Positions 11,898 through 22,505 of a DNA stretch of 64,000 bases are shown piece after piece (within the stretch, counting starts at the first letter, position 1; every line of letters begins with the position of its first letter). The position numbers and the translations under genes were made by a program. Below the pieces are notes generated by a model. It had not been told where the DNA came from and ran no database searches. It saw nothing but the letters and a program-made list of their open reading frames with translations. This stretch comes from Narcine bancroftii (Eukaryota), in NCBI RefSeq assembly GCF_036971445.1, contig NC_091472.1:11966001-12030000 (forward strand), read 5' to 3'.

Positions 11898-12610
11898 CTT
11901 TGGCTTGGCTTCGCGGACGAAGATTTATGGAGGGGGTAAAAAGTCCACGTCAGCTGCAGGCTCGTTTGTGGCTGACAAGTCCGATGCGGGACAGGCAGAT
12001 GCGGTTGCAGCGGTTGCAGGGGAAAATTGGTGGGTTGGGGTTGGGTGTTGTCAGTGAGGTGGGCTCTGCGGTCTTCTTCAAAGGAGGTTGCTGCCCGCCA
12101 AACTGTGAGGCGCCAAGATGCACGGTTTGAGGCGTTATCAGCCCACTGGCGGTGGTCAATGTGGCAGGCACCAAGAGATTTCTTTAGGCAGTCCTTGTAC
12201 CTTTTCTTTGGTGCACCTCTGTCACGGTGGCCAGTGGAGAGCTCGCCATATAACACGATCTTGGGACGACGATGGTTCTCCATTCTGGAGACGTGACCCA
12301 TCCAGCGCAGCTGGATCTTCAGCAGCGTGGACTCGATGCTGTCGACCTCTGCCATCTCGAGTACTTCGACGTTAGGGATGAAAGCGCTCCAATGGATGTT
12401 GAGGATGGAGCGGAGATAACGCTGGTGGAAGCGTTCTAGGAGCCGTAGGTGGTGCCGGTAGAGGACCCATGATTCGGAGCCGAACAGGAGTGTGGGTATG
12501 ACAACGGCTCTGTATACGCTTATCTTTGTGAGGTTTTTCAGTTGGTTGTTTTTCCAGACTCTTTTGTGTAGTCTTCCAAAGGCGCTATTTGCCTTGGCGA
12601 GTCTGTTGAC
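11898..12610 (-). mobile_element. RTE-clade LINE, 5'-truncated
   Basis: LLKIQLRWMGHVSRMENHRRPKIVLYGELSTGHRDRGAPKKRYKDCLKKSL is the RTE ORF C-terminal signature; CpGs are retained. Confidence 0.9.
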
Positions 12611-13370
12611 AATGAGGTGGAAAATCTCATAATATGGTGGGAAAACAACTTGAATCTCAACGTGGACAAGATGAAGAGATGATCGTGGACTTCACGAGGA
12701 CCAGAATGACCACCTTCAACTCCACATCAAAAACTCGGTAGTGGAGAGGGTAGAGGGCACCAAGTTCCTTGGAGTCCACTTCACAAGTGACCTCTTGTGG
12801 ACACATATCTCCTCACTTGTCAGGAAGGAGCAACAGTGACTGCTCTTCCTGAGAAGAGTAAAGCAGGCAAGGCCACCGGGCACCATCATGTTTACCCCTA
12901 CAGGAGTTCCATCAAGTGCACCCTGACAGGCTGCATCACAGTGTGGTACTGTTGCTGTGGAGAACTGGATTAGAGATCAATAAACAGGACCATCAGAGCG
13001 GCAAAGAGGATCACAGGAGTCTCCCTCAACCCCGTTGATGTGATCTACTAGGATCGCTGTGTGAAGAGGGCACGCAAAATCATTGGGGCCCCCTTCCACC
13101 CTGCACACGGCATCTTTCAACTGCGCCTGTCGGGAAAGAGATACAGGAGCGGGCGAGGATGCTGAACGGCCAGAGGAAATGTTCACGCTAACCATCCGAG
13201 GCATTCATTAAACAAAATTTATTTTGATGTACGTCTATTTGTTTCTGCACATGTATCGTTGGTCTGAACATGTGTCATGTCTGGTTGTGTTTTGCACCGA
13301 GGACCAGAGGTGGCTATTTTGTCAAGTTGTCCTTGTACAATCAGATGATAATGAACGTCCAAATTTCTAT
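12611..13370 (+). mobile_element. Rex1/Babar-like LINE 3' fragment
   Basis: Decayed ...VERVEGTKFLGVH... and HPAHGIFQL..SGKRYRS-type motifs. Confidence 0.65.
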
Positions 13371-13597
13371 CATTTTGTCAAGGTATTTAATCAGTGCCCC
13401 TTTGCTGGACAATCTTGTGAACACTATAAACTATGGTGCATATCCCCTGAAAATTTGCCTCCAAAAAAAATGTGTTTGGCCAATTTTTTCCATTGGTTTC
13501 AAGCAGTTTCCTGGTCGTTTTACGTGTAAAAACTAAAGTCACTTTTGGAAAGGAACGTTCACTCTGTGTTTTGCAGAAGTCTTGGTGACTCCATGAA

Positions 13598-13643
13598 CGC
13601 GCATGCGCGCTGCTACCTGACCGGCACTTCCGTTCATGGCGTC
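13598..13643 (+). promoter_or_regulatory. COX20: COX20 core promoter in a CpG island: NRF1, GABP/ETS and YY1-like motifs
   Basis: Palindrome CGCGCATGCGCG at 13598-13609 (NRF1 consensus), CACTTCCG at 13625-13632 (ETS/GABPA), CATGGCG at 13635-13641 (YY1-like). CpG-dense region about 13590-13880. This motif combination is typical of nuclear-encoded mitochondrial genes. Confidence 0.75.
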
Positions 13644-13773
13644 GGGAGGCCGGCGTCCGGTGCTCTTTTTTCAGGCGGTCGCGGAGCTGACGATACTCTT
13701 CTGAGCGCGGACCCCCGAGTGCTTGAAGGAGAAGGGCCGACGGAGGATTTCGGGCCGGCGGCGGGAACGGGAG

Positions 13774-13815
13774 ATGCCGGCCGAGAGCGAGGAGGAGGAG
13801 AAGGAGAAGCCGAAG
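13774..13815 (+). CDS. COX20: Cytochrome c oxidase assembly factor COX20, coding exon 1 (MPAESEEEEKEKPK)
   Basis: GAGATGC start, 42 nt, AAG|GTAAAC donor. Same length and acidic character as human exon 1 (MAAPPEPGEPEERK). Confidence 0.85.
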
Positions 13816-14193
13816 GTAAACGCGTCATTGAACGGCTGGCGGGAGCGGAAGGGTGAAAGGTCAGGCACGTGCGCACTGGGCACCTCCAATGTCAAGCCAA
13901 GGTCAGAATGCCCTGCTGCTCAGTGCCAACCCTGGGCCCAGCTGAGTGTTGCCATCATTTGGCTCGTGTTTCACATTTTCAGGGTTTATTATTTTGATCA
14001 CACTATTTTTATTGGGGGAAAGGGCTTGGGATGGGAATGGCACCTTCTGATTCCCCGTCAATCGAGGACCAATAGGCGCAGCTCCATTTTGCTCAAGGGT
14101 TTCCAACATTAGTTGGAAAGGGATCAGCCTTGACGAGAGATATAACCCAACGGGCATAATTTGAGAATTTAAAACAAGCTAGTGGAACCAGTT

Positions 14194-14715
14194 AGGAACA
14201 TAGGAAGTAGGAGCAGGTGTAGGCCAAAAATGGCCCATCGAGCCTGCTCCGCCATTCAGTACGATCATGGCTGATCTAATTTATGACCTAACTCCACCTA
14301 CCTGCCTTCTCCCCATATCCCCTAATTCCTCTATCATGTCAAAATTTATCTAACCGAATTTTAATTATGTTTAATGAAGCAGCCTCAACCACTTCCTTGG
14401 TTAGAGAATTCCAAACATTCACTACTCTCTGGGGAAAACTATTTTTCCTCATCTCTGTCCTAAATCTACTCCCCCGAATCTTGAGACTGTGTCCTCTCGT
14501 TTTAGTTTCTCCGGCCAGCTCAAAAAACCTTCCTACATCTATCCTATCCATACCCTTCATAATCCTATATGTTTCTATAAGATCTCCTCTCATTCTTCTG
14601 AATTCAAGCGAATACAATCCTAGACGATTTAATCTTTCATCATAAGTCAACCCCTTCATCCCAGGGATCAACCTAGTAAACCTCCTCTGGACCGTCTCCA
14701 AAGCCAGTATATCAT
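14194..14715 (-). mobile_element. Young 5'-truncated CR1 in COX20 intron 1
   Basis: Open ORF 14339-14701 (VQRRFTRLIPG...LEFRRMRGDLIETY) and a TTCCTATG-type tail. Confidence 0.85.
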
Positions 14716-15329
14716 ATCCTTCCTATGTTCCTGGATTCCAGCATCTGCAGCCTCGTTGTCTTCACAGAATCATATAGCATGGATTTTTAAATTGTAGAGA
14801 TTTGAGTCAGATTTGTGATAATGAATTTATTGTCATGTACATCAGTTACTTGCTGCAGCTAACAGGTACTATGTTTAGCTGCTTTTGTAGTTTCCTTTAA
14901 AATAATAATACATTAATGCACAGTTGAATGAAGAAGAGACAATAAATGTAAATTTTAAAAATAGTTATTCTAGTACAAAAAAAAAGTGATTTTTTTTGCA
15001 ATAAGACCATAATACATAGGAACTCAAATAGGTTATTCAGCCTATTGAAGGTTTCCTGCTGTTTAATCATGTGCTGATCCATTTCCCCTCTCAACCTTCA
15101 CTGCCTGGCCTTCTTCCCCCATAACCTTTGATGCCCTGGCTCATCAAGAACCTATCAATATCTGCCTTAAATACACCCAATGACGTTGTCTCGACAACTG
15201 TCTGTGGCAATAAATTCCAGATTTAACACCAACAGTACAGACAGTCAGAGCAGTTCCCGATGAGCATAATAAGGTAAAGTTCTAGAATTTTGAATAATAG
15301 GGCATTTAAGGGTTATTTAGTTATGACAA

Positions 15330-16600
15330 ATCAGCTATAATAATTTGGATGACCAGAATTACACACAGTACTCCAATCGTGGTCTCACCAACGTATTGTA
15401 CAGCTGAATTATGAGATCCCAATGTTTGTACTGTATGCTCTACTCAAAGAAGGTAAATGTGCCAAATGCCTTGTCCACCTGAGTCACCACTTTCATGAAA
15501 CTATGCACCCCCTACTCTGTTCTACAGCACTCTTCAGAGCCCAACCAATCACCATGTAAGTGCAGCTCAGGAATGACTTGCCAAAGTCCAACATCTCGCG
15601 CTTAATTTATTATTAATTTAGAGAAATGGCATGGTAACAGGCCTTTCTGGCTCACGAGGCACAAGCCCATGCTGCCCAAATACACCCATGTGATTAATCA
15701 ACTCACCAACCTTGTACGTCTTAGCAGGTCTCAGAGCGAATGTACAAATTACTTACATTGCCAGTTTTGAACCTGGGTCACTGCTAACCTCTATGCTAAC
15801 TGGGCTGTTGCATTTAAATTCAAATTTCCACTCCTTGGCCCACCTTCCCAACTGATTCAGAGCCTGTTGTAAACTTAAATATCTGTCCTTACTGTCTGAA
15901 ACACCACCAATTTAGGTGTCATCTGGAAATTTACTAAACATGGTAACTACACATCCATCCATATTGTTAATATAAATGACAAACAGTAGTGGACTCAAAA
16001 CCGACTCCTGGGGCAGGTCACAGGCTTCCAATCAAAAGAGCATCCTTCTGCTACTGCACTTTTGACTCCTTCCACTCAGTCAGTTTTGAGTTGAATGGGT
16101 CAGTTCTGCTGGTGATCTAACTTGCCATGTGAAATGTTGTCAAAGACTTAGCAAAGTCCATACATACAACATTCATTGTCCTGCCTTCATCGATCCTCTC
16201 CATCGCCTCTTCAAAATTATCTTATTGGATTCCTGAGACATATCTCCCATACGTGAAGCCATGCTAACGACCTGCACTCAGTGATTGACTATCAAAATAC
16301 TGTAATTTTCCTATCACCTGTCGTCAGGCTCACTGGCCTGTAGTTGCCTGGCTTGCCCTTGCTGCCCTTTTTAAATCATGACCCAATATTAGCCACCCTC
16401 CAGACTTCTGGCACTTCTCCTGAGGCCAACCATGATCTAAATATTTCAGCTCTGCAATTTCTTCCATAGTTTCCCACAAAGTGCAGGAATGAGGCCCTGG
16501 GGAATTTATCCACTTTAATATGTTCCAAGGCTGTTATGATCTCTTCCCTTGTTCTTCTAGGACATTGCAACTCATTTCCTTTGATTCCTTAGCTTCCAGA
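15330..16600 (-). mobile_element. Old CR1 fragments with a nested partial V-SINE (about 15615-15810)
   Basis: ASGEVPEVWRVANI and MDFAKxFD-like remnants; SINE tail motif at about 15620-15660. Confidence 0.6.
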
Positions 16601-16639
16601 GTCTTTTCCAAGTAAAAGCTGATGAAAAATGTTTTTAAA

Positions 16640-16860
16640 ATTTAAATTTAGACATACAGCATGGTAACAGGCCCTTCCGGTGCATGAGCCATGCCACCCA
16701 AATTCCCTAATTAACCCTCAGCCCCCATATGTTTTGAATGGTGGGAGGAAACCAGAGCACCCATAGGAAACCCATGCAGACATAGAGAATGTACAAACAC
16801 CTTACAGACAGCGCCTGATTCGAACCCGGCTCACTAACAGCATTGGGCTAATCACTACAC
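16640..16860 (-). mobile_element. V-SINE (HE1-like)
   Basis: B box GGTTCGAATC and V-core GGGTTTCCTATGGGTGCTCTGGTTTCCTCCCAC on the minus strand. Confidence 0.8.
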
Positions 16861-17210
16861 TAATTCAAAATCTTACCCAGCAGTGCCTTTCTGAAGCAAT
16901 ACTGCATTAGTCTTTTAGTTAAGATGTTACAGAACTTTGTTCTAACATTTCTGGAAATTGTTAAATATTCCATAGTACAGAAAAAGGAAGAACAATTAAT
17001 CCTTTTTGTTTCTATTACACCCTCAGCCACTAAAAAGTTTTTGGTTCCTGCCAAGTTTGTTTTTGGTACTGTCATCATGCTTCAGAGTAATTCGTGTTGT
17101 GAGCTGTATAAATAGCTGTATAGATTCCTTTTTAAGAATGTTATATAAACTCTGGATATCCTGCCTTTTGTTATAAGAATTGTAAAAAACATCTTGTTTT
17201 GTGCTTTTAG

Positions 17211-17325
17211 TCATTCAAGCTCCTGGGTATTTTGGATGTGCAAAATGTTCCTTGTGCCCGAGACTCGGTACTGTATGGCTCAGCCGGGGCTGTGGTGGCT
17301 GGGTTTGGGCACTTCTTGACAACAA
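17211..17325 (+). CDS. COX20: COX20 coding exon 2 (SFKLLGILDVQNVPCARDSVLYGSAGAVVAGFGHFLTT)
   Basis: TTTTAG| acceptor and |GTAAGT donor, 115 nt. Clear match to human SLKLLGFLDVENTPCARHSILYGSLGSVVAGFGHFLFT. Confidence 0.95.
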
Positions 17326-17829
17326 GTAAGTATCTTTGACAATATTTTTATATCAAATAATTTATTTCTAGGATTTTTGACATGGTAAAATATCCCAAAG
17401 CAAATCTTCTATCTTGGGAAGTATCTTGGGAGTGACATAAAGGTAAAAAATGCTGTAAACACTTAACAGATCACGGAGCATCTGTGAACAGAGAAACAGT
17501 CATTTACCCTTTTTACACTGATACTTCAAGTTGGGTATAATCCACCTTGAATATGCCTTGCCTATTAAATGTGACAAACGTGGATGGGGGGGGGGTCATT
17601 TCAGACCTGTCTTTTATCCGCCAAGCGAGGCAAGTCTAAAAGGGCAAGCCTTGTTGCCAGGTCAAAATGGGAAAGAAATGTGACATCCCATCTCTTTTGC
17701 TCGTGGAATCCGGCTTGCGATGTAAAAAGATTCACTGACCCAGCATTTCTTCTGTGTGAACAAGCAAGCTGGCTTCCGGCTTCTGATAAGGCAAATGTGG
17801 GTTTTTAGTGTTGGGGGGGTGGGCGAAAT

Positions 17830-19420
17830 TAGTTGTTTCAGCTTTGCGAAGCTTCATCAGAACAGGAAGAGAGAAAAAGCATGTTAGTTTTAGGTTACAG
17901 AGGCAGTGGGGATGAGTGGAACAATGGCAACATCTCTGAAAGGGTGTGATGGTGATGTGGCAGATAAAGTCTATGTAATGGGTTGCTAATGTTAAGGCCA
18001 GTAGTTCAAAATAAAATAACCAGGCCAAAATCATGAGGGGCAAGGATAAGGTGAATGGTCACTGTCTAGGGTAGGGGAGTCTAAAACTTAAGGGCATAGG
18101 TTTAAGGGGAAAGATTTAAAAGGGACCCATAGGATATCTTTTTCACACAGAGGATGGTGGGTATATGGAACAAGCTACAAAAGAAAGTGATAAAAGCAAG
18201 TACAATTAAAATAATCTTTGACAGATTCATGGAAAGAGAAGGTTTTGAGGGATATGAGTCTCATACAGGCAAGTGGGGCAAGGGCAGATGAACAAGTTGG
18301 TTGGCAAGGCCGAGTTGAGGTGAAGGGCATGTTTCGGTGCTGTATAACTCGATGATTAGTTGAAATGACCAGTCTTTTATAAAATAGAAGAATGGGTTAT
18401 CTAAAGTTATAGGATTTGATGTTGAGTTGTACAGGCTGCGACGTGTCCAGAAGGAAGATGAGGTGTTGTTCCTCAAGCTTGCATTGGACCTTGTTGTTAA
18501 CAGTGCAGGAAGCCACAGACAGGTCAGAGTGGGATATTGAAGAAGGTCATGGTCACTGCCAAGAACTGAGTGCAGGTGCTCTGTGAGTCGATCACCCAAT
18601 CTGCTTTTGGTGTCCCCAGTGTAGAGGACAACACATTGTGAACACCAAATTTAAATGTAGACATCGAGCATAGCAACAGGCCATTTCGGCCCACAAGACC
18701 ATGCCACCTAATTACACCCAATTGACCTATAAACCCTGGAACGTTTTGAATAGTGGGAGGAAATGCATGCAAACACGGGGAGAACGTTCAAACTCCTTAC
18801 AGACAGTGTGGGATTCGAACCCAAGTCCTGATTACTGGTGCTGTAACAGCATTGCGCTAACCAGTTCATTTACCATGCTGCCCCAAATGCATCACTTTGG
18901 GTTGGAGATAGTGCAGGTGAATCTCTGCTTCATTCAGAAAGGCTGATTGGGATCTGGGATGGTGGGAAGGGAAGAGGTGAAAGGACAGCTGTCATAGTGG
19001 CTGCATGGGGAAGCATCATATAGCTCGTAGTGGACAGGAACAGAAGAGCAGACCAGGGAATGATCCTTTGAAATGCTGAGAGTGGAGAGGAGGGGAATAT
19101 CTGTCTGGTGATGGAATCCTTTGGGAGCTGATGGGAATTGCGAAAAATGATGCATTGAAAGCGAGATTGGTGGGGTGGTCGGCAAGTTCCAAGGAAATTC
19201 TATGATCAGTATATCCAGGCAACATAAGCTCTCTCCACGTTGGTAAAGGGAAAGTCACAAATCAAGGAGATGCTTCAGAGGAGTCTGTGAATATCAGAGC
19301 AAATGAGACTAGAACTGAGAGAATGTAATTGAATCCTTGCATAGTGCAGGCAGGGAGGTAGCAAAATTAAGGCAGTTGTGGGAGTTTGTGACCAGCCATT
19401 CCCAAGATGGAGAAAGAGAA
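17830..19420 (-). mobile_element. Decayed Penelope-like element with nested CR1 (18030-18350) and V-SINE (18650-18882)
   Basis: GIY-YIG-associated remnant GDRLTEHLHSV..SDHDL at about 18540-18600; terminal repeat with a hammerhead-like core at 17835-17860. Confidence 0.65.
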
Positions 19421-19697
19421 ATCCAGAAAAAAGAAAGGAAGAATTAGAGATGAATCGCATAAAGGAAAGTGGCTGCAAAGTTGTTGATGTTTTGGAGTTT
19501 GGTATGTGCTGGAAGCAAGACTAGTGCAATCATTGATCTTCTGAAAAAAGAGCTGGGTAAATGAGCCTGAATAGACTGAAACTATCACTTGTATCACACA
19601 AAAAGACAGGTGTAGCTCGGGGCACATAGATCTGGAGAAATTTGGAAAAGCTGAACCCTTTTATTTTGCACTAATCTTGCCTTCCCTCTCTTTGTAG

Positions 19698-19761
19698 GCA
19701 GAATAAAGAGATCTTTTGACTTTGGGGTGGGAAGTTTCCTACTCACCACTTTGGGAACTTG
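19698..19761 (+). CDS. COX20: COX20 coding exon 3 (SRIKRSFDFGVGSFLLTTLGT)
   Basis: TTTGTAG| acceptor and TG|GTGAGT donor, 64 nt, phases 1/2 fit the neighbouring exons. Matches human SRIRRSCDVGVGGFILVTLGC. Confidence 0.95.
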
Positions 19762-20137
19762 GTGAGTTTGATTGCCTTCTCATCCCGAAAATATTTTTTT
19801 TGCTTCCTGATTGCAAGTTTCCCCTTTGATTTGTGTTCCCGTCCTGACATTTTTTCTCTGAAATTTTGGAGGTTGTTTTCATTTGAGTAATCTTTCACTG
19901 TTCTTTTTTGCTTTGGGCATTGTGCTGTCGCCTGTACCTTCCAGTTTTGTCCTTTCACTATTATTTGTTGTGGTGAGGCAGTGTGTGCTTCATTAAACTT
20001 AGTGAGGGGGGATGGTGTTGGCTTACTCTCACCCTTTAGCTAACTAGAGATCAATTTAATGCATGCTTACAACCCTGAGCAAACTGCTGGAGGAACTCAG
20101 CAGGTCAAACATCATCAGTGGTAGAAAAAGAATGGTC

Positions 20138-20790
20138 TGTAACGCTTGCTACGGCAGAGCGTGAAAGTAAGATTGACACGAGGTGAATACATTCGTTACT
20201 AACTTTATTGACGGTTTGCCCTGCCTTTATATAGGCCTGCGGGGCCTGACTGTTACGCTGCTTCCTGCAGAAATGATGTCACTGGCTTGCCGGCCGTAGA
20301 TAGGCCGGTGTTCCCGTCGGTGCTCGCTGTTTCTCGCTGTGTGGCTGGCAGCTCGTGAAGAAGGCCAATTTAGTCGGCATGGCCCTTGCAGGATTTCCGT
20401 GTTCAGACACCATTTTGTGTTTTGGCTGCTGTGGACTGCCACATGACTAACCCCACCCCCCCCTCCCCCCACTCCCCTTCCCAGAACTGGCGATCCGGGC
20501 GCTGTCCTTGGTTTTGGGTGGCCTGCCTCTGCAGCATGGGGCTGATGGGTTGATCAGATGGCTGGTGTCCAAATGTGGTGGTTTGAGGCGGTCAATAGTA
20601 AATGTTTTCTCCTTCCCACCAATGTCCAACACACATGTGACCCTGTTATGCCTGACCACCCGGTAGGGCCCCTCGTATGGCTGCTTTAAGGGCCTTGGTG
20701 CACCCCCTGCTGCACAAAAATGTACGTGTAGCTTCTCAGGTCCCCGGGGATGAATGTCTTGGGCTAGCCAAGCACTGAGGCGCCCCTTAG
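20138..20790 (-). mobile_element. Gypsy LTR retrotransposon 3' end (integrase C-terminus, PPT, 3' LTR 20138-20443)
   Basis: PLKQPYEGPYRVV...TIDRLKP (GPY/F integrase module), a G-rich polypurine tract on minus at about 20450-20480, and a TG..CA LTR with TATATAAA and AATAAA on the minus strand. Confidence 0.85.
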
Positions 20791-21829
20791 CGTCCCAAAA
20801 CACAAGGTGGCATGCTCCAAATACTATTACCTCCAAGCTTTTGTCTGTTTATTTGACTGCTGTACTGGAAAATGATTACAGAATTGTGTAGCATGTTAAC
20901 TGCAGGGAAAGAAGGGATGTAAAAGTTTTGTAAAATTTGGCTCTCTTGCTAAAGTTTTTCTTGAGAGGGATTGGTATCAATTGTCCAAATCCTTTCCACT
21001 TGCCAACTGTTGATTCTGTGTGAGCTGAGTGACTGAGGTTATTCATTACAAATGGGCTTGTGTCTGCTTTGGCATAACCTGAATACATTGTGAAACAGTT
21101 GCAAAGGTCTTTTATTTGGATATTCATTTCTGAGGGTTTGGGCATCATTGATAAGATCACCCTATGTTGCACATCCTTCATTGCCTTTGAGAAGTTGGTG
21201 CTGAATGAGGTACTTAAGCCTATAGCCTAGCTGATGAAGAGATACCCAAAATGCTGTAGGGGGTTTTCAGTAGTTAGACACAGTGTTACTGGTGAGTCAG
21301 GATGGCTTGTGATTCAAAGGGAACCTGCATGCAGATATTGCCCCAGACCTTTTTGGTGGAAGAGGATTGGGGGTTTGAGATATTGACAGTAGTGTTTGCG
21401 ATTATCTGCAGTACCTTACATTGTGCACCAGTGGATGAATGCTTAGGGTGGTGAATGGGATGCCAATTGAGCTGGCTGCTTTGTCCTGGATGAAACTTAG
21501 AAGTGTACAACAAAGGAACAGGCCCTTCGACCCATCATGGTGCGAAATTAACTTGTCCTATCTGTCTGCACATGTTCTGTATTCCTCTGACATTTGCCAG
21601 TTTAAACATCTGTCTAAATGTCTTTCAGACATTGCTATTGTCTGCCGCCTCCCCTGGTGTTCTGCTCCAAACACCTACTGCTGTGTTTATGTATTTTTTT
21701 TAAAAAGCTTTTGTCACAAATATCCTTTAAACTTTCTCATTCTTTCCTTCAACCTCTGCCTACTTGGTATACCCTTTGGAATATGACATTTCTACTCGAA
21801 ATAGCCATTGTAATCTGCATTTAAAAAAC

Positions 21830-22003
21830 GACTGCAGGTCAGGCCATTGAAAAACTCAGAGGAGTTTTTGCATAATATGGATTACCCATTGAACTCGTCT
21901 CTGACAACGGCCCGCAATTGGTATCAGCAGAATTTGAAGCTTTTATGTGCAACGATAACATTTGCCACATACTGTCTGCACCATACCATCCCATACAAAT
22001 GGA
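21830..22003 (+). mobile_element. Gypsy integrase core fragment
   Basis: Translates GLPIELVSDNGPQLVSAEFEAFM...HILSAPYHP, the SDNGPQF integrase motif. Confidence 0.75.
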
Positions 22004-22004
22004 T

Positions 22005-22090
22005 GCCATAGGTACTCTGCGATTAGTAAGGGATTACTTAAGGTGGTATGTGAGTGGGGGGGTGGCGGGGATAAAGGTTGAGAACCACTG
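22005..22090. mobile_element. hAT-type MITE fragment
   Basis: Ends AAAGGTTGAGAACCACTG; shares GGGATTACTTAAGGTGGTATGTGAGTGG with 52279-52606. Confidence 0.6.
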
Positions 22091-22351
22091 ATCTGTACCC
22101 AAGCTGGATCTTTGCACAACCTTCCTCACTGTCTGCATCTCTGCCAGTTTTTGTGTCAACCGAAAGGCTTTGCTCAGTGTAACGTGGCCCAACGTCTGAC
22201 TTGCTCGTGATTTATCTGGTTGCTTCAGCTGATGTTCTGATGAATGGTAACCCAAAGATGTTTAGTGTGGCAGACCAGTCAATGATTTTGAGTTTCACGA
22301 ATATGGTTTTGAGGGACTAAAACATTTTAAAAATTCTTAAATCTTTTCCAG

Positions 22352-22505
22352 GATGTTCTGCAGGTACCAGAATGCAAAGCTGAGAATCCAACATCGAATA
22401 GTGCAGGAGGGCATGAGAAATCAAGTCATGTATGAAGGAACCAAAATGGATCCAGCAAAAATGGCAGATAGAAGCAGCAGAGAAAAACAAACCGACAACC
22501 CATAG
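22352..22505 (+). CDS. COX20: COX20 coding exon 4 (WMFCRYQNAKLRIQHRIVQEGMRNQVMYEGTKMDPAKMADRSSREKQTDNP*)
   Basis: TTTTCCAG| acceptor and TAG at 22503-22505. CRY..AK.RIQ and YEGT..DP motifs. The joined CDS is 375 nt (124 aa), open throughout. Confidence 0.95.

Noticed and set aside
13545-14112. Several overlapping ORFs around the COX20 start
   Set aside because: These reflect stop-codon scarcity in a GC-rich CpG island; only 13774-13815 matches COX20 and has a proper donor.
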